From Geosiphon pyriformis uo1 (taxonomy: Eukaryota; Fungi; Glomeromycota): DNA of 64,000 nucleotides. Shown in pieces: positions 51,367 to 64,000 of the stretch. The translations under genes and the position numbers were made by a program. Location of the stretch: positions 252,108-316,107 of the forward strand of contig JAAOMT010000283.1 of the NCBI GenBank assembly GCA_016748015.1. Direction: 5' to 3'. Under the pieces are notes generated by a model, which did no database searches, was not told the origin of the DNA, and was given only the letters and a program-made list of their open reading frames with translations. How positions within the stretch are numbered: position 1 is the stretch's first letter; each line of letters starts with the position of its first letter.

Positions 51367-54323
51367 AAAGAAAACTGTCTTTATTACCAAGTATGGCACC
51401 TATGAATTCACAGTTATGCTTTTTGGTCTCATCAATGCTCCTTCCACCTTTCAATGCCTAATGGATAAAGTATTTGAATTAGTAAAAGAAAACTTTGTTC
51501 TGGTTTACTTGGATGACATAATAGTATATTCAAAAATCTGGAATAAACACCTTGAACATTTACAGAAGATTTTTGACTTGCTCAGAAATGCTGGCTTTAA
51601 AATTAACCCAATTAAATCTTTCTTTGGACACCAATCCACCCAGTTCTTTGGTCATCTTATTATAAAAAATAGAATTTTTTTTGATCCAGCTAAAGTTAAA
51701 AAAGTTCAGAACATTAGACAACCAATGAATGTTCCTAAACTACACTCTTTCCTTGGTTTGGCTTCTTACTATCACAAATTTATCAAAGATTTCTCCAAAA
51801 TTGTCTTTCCTCTCAATCAGCTACTCAGAAAAAATGTCAATTATTACTGGAGCACTTATCAACAAAAAGCTTTTGAAATTCTGAAGGAAAAACTTGTTAC
51901 TGAACCAATTCTCAAACAACCAGATTTGGATCAACCTTTCATCTTCCACACTGATACATCTGGCTATAGACTTGATGCTGTTTTTTCACAGAAAAATGAA
52001 AATGGCAGAGAACATGTCATAGCATATGCCAGTAGATCTCTCACACCAGCAGAAAAAAATTATTTAATTACTAAACAAGAATATTTAGCAGTAGTTTGGG
52101 CTACTAGCTAATGGGATTAATATTTTCTTGGTGCAAAATTCTTAGTGATAACAGATCATCAAGCCTTGGTTTGGCTGCACAATAAAAAGAAGCTGGAACA
52201 CAAACAAATAACTTGCTAGATACTTCATTTGGATAAATTCGACTATGATATTCAATATTGCAAAGAAGCAAATCATCAAACACTGATGCTCTCTTTAGAC
52301 TTACTATTCAGTAATAGTACAATCTTTTAAAACCAAACCAACTTAATTATTAGTAACTCTTTTACAAACAAACATGATAATGGACTTGAACAACTACTCT
52401 ATTTTAATAAAATTTTTGGGTAAAGGACAATACTTATTAGAATACACTCGACAGCAAAGAAAACATTTGTGCAAACAATCAAATTTTTATTTGATTTGCT
52501 AGAACCAATTATATAAAAGAAATAAAAAAGATCCTGACCACTCACAAAGAGTTATCAGATTTGAAGAAAGAAAAATTGTAATATATAACATATACACTGA
52601 CCTATTAGCTGAATACTTTGGAAAACAAAGACAATTCAGAAAACTTTAGCTCATTATTATTGGCTTATCTTGGGAAAAAACATTGCTGAATACATCAAAG
52701 TCTGTGACATCTGCCAAAAAAAAGGCAAACCCAATTGCAAAGAAGCCATCTATCCAATCTCTGTTGGTCAACTATTTGACAGAATTGGTATAGATGTTGT
52801 TAGACCTTTAACAATAACTCCTGATGGCAACAGATACATTATCACAGCTACTGACTATTTTACAAAGTAGGTAGAAGCAAGAGCCACTCTGACCAAACAG
52901 CAGTCTTAATAGCCAATTTCATTTATGAAGATATTATCTGTCATCATGGTTATCCCAAAGAACTTTTATCTAATAGAGAAAGAGCTTTTTTCAGTACACT
53001 GGTTGAAAAACTTTGTAGAAAAATGGGAATATGTCATAAATTTTCCTCCCCTTATCATCCCCAAACAAATGGCTTAGTAAAACATTTCAATAGAACACTA
53101 TGTAAAACCCTAGCCAAAACCAGTGAAGAAACAAACTTATGGAACAAAGTATTGTCTTCAGCTTTGTTTGCTTATAGAACTGTGAATTATGACATAACAA
53201 GTTATGAATCTTTTTATCTGCTCTATGAACACATGGCAACACTACTAATAGAAACTAATATTGAAACAATATTTTTTAAAAAAATTACAATAAAAAATTA
53301 CAAAGACATTTTGCAAAGAAGACTTGGTACCATTCTTGACTCCTTAGTAGAAGCACAAATAATTGCTTTTGAAAAGATAAAACAGTTTCAAAAAAAGCTT
53401 AAGAAAAAGAAAACCTATAAAATACTTTCTTTAAGTGTTAGTGACTTGGTACTAAAATACATTTTTAACAGAGACAATGTTTATGGTAATAAATTTTCTA
53501 GCCAATAGAAAAGACTCTTTATAGTCAACAAAGTTTTGAACAATGGTTTTTATATTCTTTAAGATCAATTTGGAACAATTTTCAATTATTGTTCTGTTCA
53601 TGATATACAACTCAAGAAATATTATAAATGATCTGATTGGTTGTCTGTTGTAGTAATACCGACTCAAATAATCAGCAAAAATCAAGTATAAATAAATGTA
53701 TTATTCCCAAAACAGAGATATTTTTAATTGACATAAACAATTATTTTTTGAATTAAAACATTCAAAATACCTTCTATACTCTTCATGAGTATTGGATCAA
53801 AAACTATCCAAATGCTACTTTGACCATTGGAAAACAGACCACTATAACTGATAACAGTAAAATACTTACTGTTATTAGACCCAAGAAAACCACTACTAAA
53901 AGAGAAAAAATTGGTCGCAAAATAAATAAGTACTTGCTAGAAAGCATAACAGCAGCAATACTTGTACTTTCTATCACAATTGAAAAAATAATTAAGGAAA
54001 TCTTGCCCATAGACAAAAACTTGTCCTATAGAAAACAACTAAAACTCTATGGTTGTTTTAGTAAAATTATAGAAAACATGAAGCTCATGAAGAAAACAAC
54101 TTCTGATATACAAGTGGAAATTTTGAGCATTATATGATTAAATGTTTCAAGAGTTTTAACTATTGCAAGAAGAGCCAAAATTTTTATACAAAGATTTGGT
54201 CTCTTGAATACAAAGCTCATTTTACCTCAAGTTCTATACATCTTATCTACAAAAGACTTCAACAGACTAATTAGTTTTGAATTAGATAAAACCCTTCAAA
54301 TTGATTACCTTTTAAATAGATGA
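51367..54323 (+). pseudogene. A1 3' part: RT-RNase H (stop 52314), integrase (about 52374-53691), ORF3; PPT deleted
   Basis: Collinear with A2 and A3. About 37 nt including the GAGCTC motif and PPT are missing before the LTR at 54324. Confidence 0.85.
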
Positions 54324-57300
54324 TGTTATGGTTGAAACTTATACTTCTTATTAATTATTACATATATTAGTCACTAATGTCATATAAATTAGTCACTTTA
54401 TTTTTAGAAAGTAATCATTGATCTGATCAATAATCTGACTATTGACCTGATCATTGACTTAATTATTAACCTAGTCATTAACCTAATTATTGATCACTTT
54501 TGACAGCTATATAAGCAATAAATTTCTTAACTGTAAAAAAGCATATCAAAAATCAAGGAAATCAAATAAATAAAAATAACAACTTTCATCTCAATCTTTC
54601 TCTTATTATTAATTCTCTTTCCTTACTTTCAAGTATCCGAACATCTTGGAATAAAAAATCACTTGTTGGTTATTCTTTACCTTTTTTTTGAAACATATAA
54701 TTGCAACATTTGAAGATTATTAAATAAAACGTGATTGAAGAGTACATCTAATACTTGATATTGAATTCTAAGAGCACTAACGTAAAGTATAGAATTATAC
54801 CAAGTGTGATTATTTGTTGACAATATAGACTATCCCTTTATCTTCAGATTCGCCAATTATCTTTTAAAAAGTATAGTGACTGAGATATTTTATGAGACTG
54901 ATCTTGCACATTGAATCCATACTTATTTAATTCGCTCATTAAAGTTGAAATCTCTTTGATTATTTCTATTATCCTACAATCCTGTTCTCTCTTGTTATCT
55001 GTTAGCTTGTTACTCCAACCTGTAACATAAAAGTAGTGCTTTCTGTGAGGTTGTCAAAATTCATTCTGTTTCCTATTGTATAAGTGATTATTCATACCTA
55101 TCACAACAATCAGAAAAACACTTTGAAGCACACAACAAAAACAATCTAGACTTTATTAAACTCAATCCTTTGCTCTCCTGCTTGATTTGCTTCCTCATTG
55201 AAGATCAATCCAGTAGACAATTCCAAGATTTTTGGAACTGGTTCCTAAACAAGCATTTAGCTGAAACCTACACAGCCTATACAACTTATTACTTTGATCA
55301 AGCTTATTTTGAAAACAACTTTGAAGAAAGAAACAACAGCATTAATCAACTTTTATACTCCACAACTTTTGAACAACAGCCTCTTGATTCCAAATATCTG
55401 AATTATTAAATCCACATTTGGATTGCTGCCTATTAAACAACTGAAACTCTCTTTGAAACAAAAGAAGAAAGCTACTAAACTGCCTCTGTTTTTGACCTTT
55501 TATCAAGTGAATCAGACTCATCTATACAAACAGTTATCCCTAAACCAATGGCTAATAACCCCATGCAAGCAAACATTCTGGTCGCTCTCTAAGGTATACA
55601 AACTGCTTTAGGAAGAAGAAACAATACCCCACTACCACTATTTAGAGGTGATGCACAAAATCCAATTGAATGGTTGGATGATTTTGAGAGAGCTGTCACA
55701 GCCAACCAGTATGATGAAAAATACAAGTTCCAAATCATTGGTGGCTATCTTCAAGGCTCTTCTGCTACCTGGTTCTCACAAGAAACAGATGCTAATGCTT
55801 AACACAAAATAATCAGATAGACACCAACCAATGCTAGAAAAAAAAATATCTCTTTCACTATCCGATTTGAGACCAAGTTCAGAACCCCAATATTAATATC
55901 CAAATGGTGCATGGAATTGGAAAGAAGAACCCAAGGCCCTGGAGAAGTAGTAACTGAATATGCCAAAGTTATCAGAAAGCTAATCAAACATATAGACTTC
56001 AGAAAAAACTAGACAGAAGAGCAAAAGATCCATTCCTTCACAAAAGAATTAAAAACTAATCTATCATATGCTCTTTGGCCTCTTTTGGCTTTAAAAAACA
56101 ACCCAACAATGAACATGGCTATTGAACTGGCACAAAGAATTGAAGATAACCAAAGAATGCATTTGGGATCCACACTTCCAGTTTTTGCTTCTGCTTCTGC
56201 CATGGCTCCAGCTTCACAAATGGCTGCTGCCTCTTTTGCTGTCCAAACTCAAAACCCAAATGAACAGTTAATAGATAGACTCACAGCTAATCTTGCCTGG
56301 TTACTAAAACTCTTAGTCCAAACTGTCAAAGAAAATCAACAAATCCAAAGATCCAGATTTGAACTCCGTTTTAATCCACCCCAACAACCCCTATATCAAA
56401 AACAACAAAATTATGGCCCACTTGTGTGTTACCACTGTGAATTAACTGAACATTTTTTTAGAGATTGTAACAATTTTTCTCTGCCTTTTTCAGATCCTAG
56501 AAACAATGACAATCAAAACAACAGAACTATTAACAACAATATCCCTAATCAAAGATCCAATCATGCTAACATTAATTTCTTTGAAAAAGATCTCTTAGTT
56601 GAAGCCATTGTTTATCAGCTTTTAAACTATTAAGCGCACCTCCAAAGAGTGAGAGTGTAAGCCAACCAGAAAAAAACTTCTTTTATGCTTTTAACCTAAC
56701 TGATAATAATTATAATATGGATGAACTAACAATCAACATTTTTAAATCAACCAGAAAGAAAAAGAAAGCTAAAGTTGATTTTGTCTTGGACCCAAACAAA
56801 GCATCTAAATCATTTGCTAATAACAATAAGCCACCAAAGGCCAAAGTTTTCAAGAATTTTCCAAAGTTGGAATTCCCAGAAATAGTACAAAAATTTGGTC
56901 TTTATTCTGTTGTTAAAGATATCATAGAAACCCCAGCACATATTACATTTGGCCAACTAATGACCCACCCACAGTTCAGAAAAAATTTTCATAAATTATT
57001 AATATCCAAGAAAATAATACCAAAGACCAACAAACACCCACATTAAGCTGGACTTGCTGACAACAGCAATGTTACCCTTCTAATTTGCAAAACCCAAGTG
57101 GCTGGCTACTTTATTGATTTGATTCTAGACAGTAAATCATTTGTCAGTGTAATTGCCAAACACTTTCTGGAAGCCATTAGAAGAAAAATTAATAAACCTT
57201 CTACCCGGCCTATGACTAATGTACATAGTAACAAAAAGAAAGGTCTGGGTATAGCCAAAGCTGTTTCTGTTTGCATCAATGATATTAGCATTAAAACAGA

Positions 57301-60300
57301 CATGAAAGTATCTAAAGCAAAAGAATATACTATTATTATTGGTAACAAGTTGCTTAAAAAAGCCAAAGCACTATTTGACTATAAACTTTGTGAACTAACC
57401 ATCAGATGTGGTAAGAAACCCATTGTGGTTAAATGTCATCATTGGATAACTCCTCTAGTAACCAAACAAAACCAAGAAGAAAAACAATCAGATGAATCAG
57501 ATAATGACAAGAACAATGATGAAAAAAACCAAGAAGAACAAGAAAAAACTGCTAAACTTGTCTATACCATCTTCACCAGCAATAACAAGCCACTGGACAA
57601 TGTTAAAGCAGATAAAAAAGGAATCATAGTAAATGGCAAACTGATTTGCTGGCTCTATTATGATATCCTCAAAAGAACTTTTAACAGAAAACCTAGCAAG
57701 AAAGCCAAATACAGCTATTAGTGGCATGGTCTTTGTGCCAGATACTAGTGTGATAAACCTTTGTATTCACCAAGTGATGAATGCAAATTCTGTCTAATCT
57801 ATTACAAAGATTGAGAACCAATTAGCTTAATACCTCGAGAAAAACTTAAAGAAGTACAAAAGTCCTTTGAGAATAAACCACCTGAAATTTAATCTCTAGT
57901 TATAGAACAAAAAGAACCTTCTTCTGAAGAAAAAAAAGTGGACATTGAAAATCTATTGGCTAGAAATAGCCCAGCTATTTCAAAAGAAAATGATACCTCT
58001 GAACAAACTTATGTGATACAACACATTATCACCACTAAAAAAACTCACCCCATCTATTTAAAGCCTTATTAATCTAATTGACACAATGATGAGTTTATCA
58101 AAAAAGAGATAAACAGGATAAAAGATCTTGATTTCATACAGGAAACCAAGAATGAATGGGCTTTTCCAGTTGTTGTAGTATCCAAGAAAGGTAGAATCCT
58201 ATGCTTCTGTGTTGACTACCACCAACTAAATGCCATCATTGTAAGAGATATGTACTCACTCCTCAAAATTGATGCAATGCTAGATAAATTTAATAGTGCT
58301 GCTTTCTTCTCAACCATTGATTTAACTGCTAGATTCTGGCAAGTAGAGATGGATCCAGAAAGCAGAAAGAAAACTGTCTTTATTACTAAGTATGGCATCT
58401 ATGAATTTACAGTCATGCTTTTTGGTCTCATTAATGCTTCTCTCACCTTTCAATGCCTAATGGATAAAGTGTTTGAATTAGTAAAAAAAAACTTTGTTCT
58501 GGTTTACTTGGACAACATAATGGTATATTCAAAAACTTGAAATAAACACCTTGAACATTTACAGAAAGTTTTTGATCTGCTCAAAAATGCTGATCTTAAG
58601 ATCAATCCAATTAAATCTTTTTTTGGACGCCAATTAACTCAGTTCCTTGGTCATTTTATTATAAAAGATAGAATCTTTCCTGATCCAGCTAAATTTGAAA
58701 AAGTTCAGAACATTAGACAACTAATGAATGTTCCTGAACTATGTTTTTTCTTTGGTTTGGCCTCTTACTATTGCAAATTTATCAAAAATTTTTTTAAAAT
58801 TGCCTTTTCTCTCAATCAACTACTCAGAAAAAATGTCAATTATTACTGAGACACTCATTAACAAAAAACTTTTGAAATTCTGAAGGAAAAACTTGTTACT
58901 GAACCAATTCTCAAGCAACCAGATCTGGATCAATCTTTCATTCTCCATACTGATACATCTGGCTATGGACTTAGTGCTGTTTTTTCACAAAAAGATAAAA
59001 ATGGCAGAGAATATGTCATAACATATGCTAGTAGATCTCTTACACCAACAGAAAAAAACTATTCAATTACTAAACAAGAATGCTTAACAGTAGTATGGTC
59101 TACCAGTTACTGGAGTAAGTATCTTCTTGGTGTGAAGTTTTTGGTGGTAACAGATCACCAAGCTTTGGTTTGGCTGTGCAATAAAAAGAAACTAGAACAC
59201 AAACAAATAACTTGCTGGATACTCCACTTGGATGAATTCGACTATGATATTCAATACTACAAAAGAGCAAATTATCAAAATGCCAATGCTCTTTCTAGAC
59301 TCACCATCTAGTGACAGTACAACCTCTCAAACCAAACCAACTTAATTATTAGTAACTCTTTCATAAACAAACATGATAATGGACTTGAACAACTACTCTG
59401 CCTTAATAAAATTTTTGGGTAAAGAACAATACTCACTGAAATACACTCGAGACCAAAAAGAACATTTGTGTAAACAATTAAATTTCTATTTGATTTGTCA
59501 GAACCAGCTATATAAAAGAAATAGAAAAAATTCTGACCACCCTCAAAGAGTCATCAGATTTGAAAAAAGAGAAATTGTAATATACAACATGCATACTGAT
59601 CCATTAGCTGGACATTTTGGAAAAACAAAGACAATTCAGAAAACCTTAGCTTACTATTATTGGCTTACCTTGAAAAAAAACATTGCTGAATACATTAAAA
59701 TCTGTGACATCTGCCAAAGAAGAGACAAACCCAATTACAAAAAAAATATTCATCCAATCTCTGTTGGTCAACCATTTGACAGAATTGGTATAGATCTTGT
59801 TAAATCTTTAACAATAACTCCTGATGGCAACAGATACATTATTACAGTTACTGACTATCTTACAAAGTGGGTAGAAATAAGAGCCACTTCTGACTAAACA
59901 GCAGTCTCAATAGCCAATTTTATTTATGAAGATATTATCTGCCATTATGGCTGCTTCAAAAAACTTTTATCTGATAGAGGAAGAGCTTTTCTCAGTACAC
60001 TAATTAAAGAACTTTGTAGAAAAATAAGAATATATTATAAACTTTCATCTCCTTATTACCCCTAAACAAATGGCCTAGTAAAATGTTTTAATAGAACACT
60101 ATGTGAAACTCTAGCCAAAACCAGTAAAGAAACAAATTTATAGGACAAAGTACTGCCTTTAGCTTTGTTTGCTTATAGAACTGTAAATTATGACATAACA
60201 AGTTATAAACTTTTTTATCTGCTCTATGGATGCATAGTAACATTACCAATAGAAACTAATATTGAGACAATACTCTTTGAAGAAATCACAATAGGAAATT

Positions 60301-62111
60301 ACAAAGACATTTTGCAAAAAAGACTTAATACCATTTTTGACTCTTTGGTAAAAGCACAAATAATTGCTTTTGAAAAGATAAAACAGTTCCAAGAAAAGCT
60401 TAAGAAAAAAAAAACTTATAAAACACTTTCTTTAAGTGTTGGTGACTTAATACTAAAATACTGCTCAGACAGAGACAATGTCTATGATGATAAATTCTCT
60501 AGCCAGTGGAAAAAACTCTTTATAGTCAACAAAGTTTTGAACAATAGTTCTTATATTCTTCAAAATTAATCTGGAACAATCTTTAATGATCATCCTGTTC
60601 ATGGTACATGACTCAAGAAATATTATAAACAACCTGATTAGTTGCCTGTTGTACTAATACCGACTCAAATAATCAGCAAAAATCAAGTATAAATAAATGC
60701 ATCATTCCCAAAACAGAGGTATTTTTAATCAACATAAACAATTATTTTCTGAATCAAAACATTCAAAATGTCTTCTATATTCTCCATAAATATTGGATCA
60801 AAAACTATCCAAATGCTACTTTGACCATTGGAAAACAGACCACCATAACTGATAACAGTAAAATACATATTGTTATTAGACCCAAGAAAACCACTATTAG
60901 AAGAGAAAAAATTGGTAGTAAAATGGATAAGTACATACTAGAAAGCATAACAGTAGCAATACTTGTACTTTTTATCACAATTGAAAAAATGATTAAGGAA
61001 ATCTTGTCTATAAACAAAAACTTGTCCTATAAAAAACAACTAGAACTCTATGATCATCTTGGTGAAATTATAGAAAACATGAAGCTCATGAAGAAAACAA
61101 CTTCTGAGATACAAGTGGAAATTTTGAGCATTATATGATTAGATTTTCCAAGAGTTTTAACTATTGCAAAAAGAGCCAAAATTCTTATATAAAGATTTAG
61201 TCTCTTGAATACAAAGCTTATTTCACTTCAAGTCTTATACACTTTATCCACAAAAGACTTCAACAGACTAGTTAGTTTTGAATTAGATAAAACTCTTCAA
61301 ATAGATTACCCCATAAATAGCTTGATTTTGCTGAAGCTCAATTTCTTTGGAGAGAATGATGTTATGATTAAAACTTATATTTCTTATTAATTATTACATG
61401 TATTAGCCACTGATGTCATATAAATTAGCCACTCTATTTTTAGAAAGTAATCATTGACCTGATTAATGACCTGACCATTGACCTGATCATTGACTTAATT
61501 ATTGACCTAATCAATGACTTGACCGTTAACTTGATCATTAACCTGATTATTAATTTAGTCATTAACCTGATTATTGACCACTTTTGACAGCTATATAAGC
61601 AATGAATCTCTTAGCTATAGAAAAGCATGTCAAAAATTAAGAAAATTAAATAAATAAAAATAACAACTTTCATCTCAATCTTTCTCTTATCATTAATTCT
61701 CTTTCCCTACCTTCAAGTATCCAAACATCTTGGGATAAAAAATCACTTGTTGGTTATTCCTTACCTTTTTTCTGAAACATATAATTGCAACATTTGAAGA
61801 TTATTAAATAAAATATGACTAAAGAGTACATTTGATACCTGATATTGAATTTTAAGAGCACTAACATGAGGCATAGAATTATACCAGGCATGATTATTTG
61901 TTAACAATATAAACTATCTCTTTACTTTCAGATTCTCCAATTATCTTTTGAAAAGTATAGCAACTGAGATATTTTATGAGACTAATCTTACACATTAAAT
62001 CCATACTTATTCAATTTGCTTATTGAAGTTGAAATTCTTTTGATTATTTCTATGACCCTACAATCTTGTTCTCCCTTGCTATTTATTAGCTTGTTACTCC
62101 AACCCATAACA
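54324..62111 (+). mobile_element. Gypsy family A copy A3 (gag about 55080-56633, pol 56621-59314, IN 59373-60692, ORF3 about 60733-61390)
   Basis: LTRs 54324-55027 and 61360-62111, PBS 55034-55050, PPT ttggagagaatga. Flanks do not form a target-site duplication. Confidence 0.9.
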
Positions 62112-63240
62112 ATATTATCTTTGGCCAATTAATAACCAATTCACAGTTCAAAAAAAATCTTTGCAAATCCTTGATTCCTAAGAAAAAAACACCAAAAACC
62201 ATTAAGTATTCTCACCAAGCTGAACTTGTTGACAACAGCAATGTTACTTCTATAATTTACAAAACCCAAGTAGCTGAATACTTTATTAATCTAATCTTAA
62301 ATAGTAAATTATCTGTAAGTATTATTGCCAAACATTTCTTGGAAGCAATTGATAGAAAAATTAATAAACCCTCAACCAAATTTATAATTAATGTGTATGG
62401 TAACAAAAAAAAAAGCTTGGCATAGCCAAAGCTGTTCCTATTTACATCAATGGCATTAGTATTGAAACTAACATAGAGGTTTCTAAAGCCAAAGAATACA
62501 CTATTATTGTTGACAATAAATAACTTAAAAAAGCAAAAGTCTTACTTAATTATAAACTCTGTGAACTAATCATAAGATGTAAAAAAAAAATCCATTGTGG
62601 TTAAATATTATCATTGGACAACTCTTCCAATATTTAAGCAAGATTTAGAAAAAAAACAATCAAATGAATCAGATAATAAAAAAATAAAGAAGAAAAAGAA
62701 CAAAAAAAAACTGCTAAACTTGCTTACACTATTTTTACCAGCAATGGCAAGTTTTTGGACAATATTAAAACTGACAAAGAAAAAATTATTGTAAATGACA
62801 AGCTAATTTGTTGGTTATACTATAACATACTCAGAAAAATTTTTAACAAAAAGCCTGGCAAAAAAGCCAAATACAGTTATTAGTGACATGGTTTTTTGTG
62901 CCTGGTATTAGTGTAATAAGCCATTGTATTCTTCCAGTAATAAATACAAATCCTGCTTAATTTAATACAAGAATTGAAAATTTATTAGTCTAATATTCAG
63001 AGAAAAAATCAAAGAAGTACAAAAGTTCTTTGAGAATAAACTACCAAAGATAGAGTTATTAATAATAAAGCAAAAAAAACTCTTTTCAGAAAAAAAAAAT
63101 AGACATTGAAAATTTGTTGGCTAGAAACAGCCCAATTATTTCAAAAGAAGATAATACTCTTGAATATACTCATGTAATACAATACATTATCACTATTAAA
63201 AAAACTTGTTCTATTTATTTGAAGCCTTATTAGTCCAATT
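62112..63240 (+). mobile_element. Gypsy family A remnant A4 (5' pol/protease to RT start), most degenerate copy
   Basis: Starts mid-frame at atattatctttggccaatt (HITFGQL region) directly after the A3 LTR; collinear with A2 at about 36347-37480. Confidence 0.82.
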
Positions 63241-63394
63241 ACCATAATAATAAATTTATTAAAATTTTTATAACCACAATAAGAGCTAAGAGTAGAAAAG
63301 TTGCAAACATTACTTTTTCTATAGTAACTAATAAAGTTTTAACATGAAAAGATCTCTTTATTATTAAAACAGCTAAACAAAACATTCTGGCTAC

Positions 63395-64000
63395 ATTTCT
63401 TTTAAAAAACATTAATAAAAAGCTGTTTTTAATAGCTTCTGGTTTATTTTTTTTACCTTTGGCTGGAAGTTCTTTTCTTGTCAAAGTTTTTTAAAAAGAC
63501 ACACTTTGGTTAATTCCAGTATTGTTTTTATTACTTCTAAAAACCCAAAGATTTTTAATAACAGACCAGTTTTTAAGTTGGTCTTTTCTGTTCTTACCAC
63601 TCTTATTATTACTACTACTACTACTACTATTATTGCTTTGCAAATAGCTGAAAAAGCCAAAAAATTTAAAAAACAGCAGTAGATTCTCACAACTGCTATA
63701 GTTATACTGAATTTTTTGTGGTTTCAGATAAGATCTCAGAAAAGATCTTCACAACAGCAGTCAGTTTTTTTTCTGATATAGATGACAACAGCAACAGCAT
63801 ATTTCTCAAGATAAGACAAGATTAACTACTGGCTGTATTGCTTAATGTGGTACTTTTCAGTAAATTATTACTTATTATAAAACAAAACAGTTTATCACTT
63901 TAAAAGATCTTAAAGATTGGGCTAATCAAATAGAAATAAAATTAACTGCTTTTCTTCCAGTTTCTGGCACTGCTAAAAGTGATGCTTGAGTGAATGTAAA
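63395..64000 (+). mobile_element. Degenerate coding remnant, probably the 5' ORF1 region of another non-LTR element
   Basis: Plus-strand decayed reading ...TTTTT..A(S)QIAEKAKKFKKQQ...LKDWANQIE with transition-type stops. Not homologous to families A, B or C; identity is inference. Confidence 0.35.

Larger units (their letters stand above)
29729..55027 (+). mobile_element. Gypsy family A copy A1, interrupted in RT by A2 and B (own sequence 29729-33697 and 51367-54323, then LTR 54324-55027 shared with A3)
   Basis: 5' LTR 29729-30359, PBS 30366-30382. RT breaks at gatccagaaaGCAG (33697) and resumes at GCAGaaagaaaactg (51363), matching the uninterrupted A3 sequence at about 58352-58376. Confidence 0.88.

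Noticed and set aside
29724-62115. TTAT/ATAT as the TSD of one giant composite element
   Set aside because: The 4-mers mismatch and the flanks come from non-adjacent parts of an element (LTR versus pol).
63239-63690. Minus-strand hydrophobic ORFs as membrane proteins
   Set aside because: Antisense of an (ACT)n/AT-rich decayed plus-strand remnant; the hydrophobicity is compositional.

Overview
Eukaryotic, very AT-rich, transposon-saturated window. The element types and mutation pattern suggest an early-diverging fungus (Glomeromycotina/Mucoromycota, Geosiphon-like); that assignment is inference only. The window holds one intact host gene, a two-exon extended SDR/3-beta-HSD-like epimerase-dehydratase (minus strand, 3028-4193). 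It also holds four RNase H-bearing LINEs (1-935, 8390-15091, 15701-22500, 22891-29706) and an internally deleted LTR element C (4497-7744). From 29729 to about 63240 lies a nested cluster of Ty3/Gypsy-type elements: family A copies A1-A4 and one family B copy. All repeats are eroded by C>T/G>A transitions. Most notable observations: (1) both Gypsy families stop Pol after RNase H and encode integrase as a separate ORF, followed by a shared unknown ORF3; (2) A2 and B inserted back-to-back at the same 4-bp GCAG target; (3) a GGAGCTCAA-like motif precedes the PPT in all three LTR families; (4) family B has a Cys-rich domain plus dUTPase between protease and RT; (5) family A has a conserved TTTAAAC -1 frameshift site between gag and pol.
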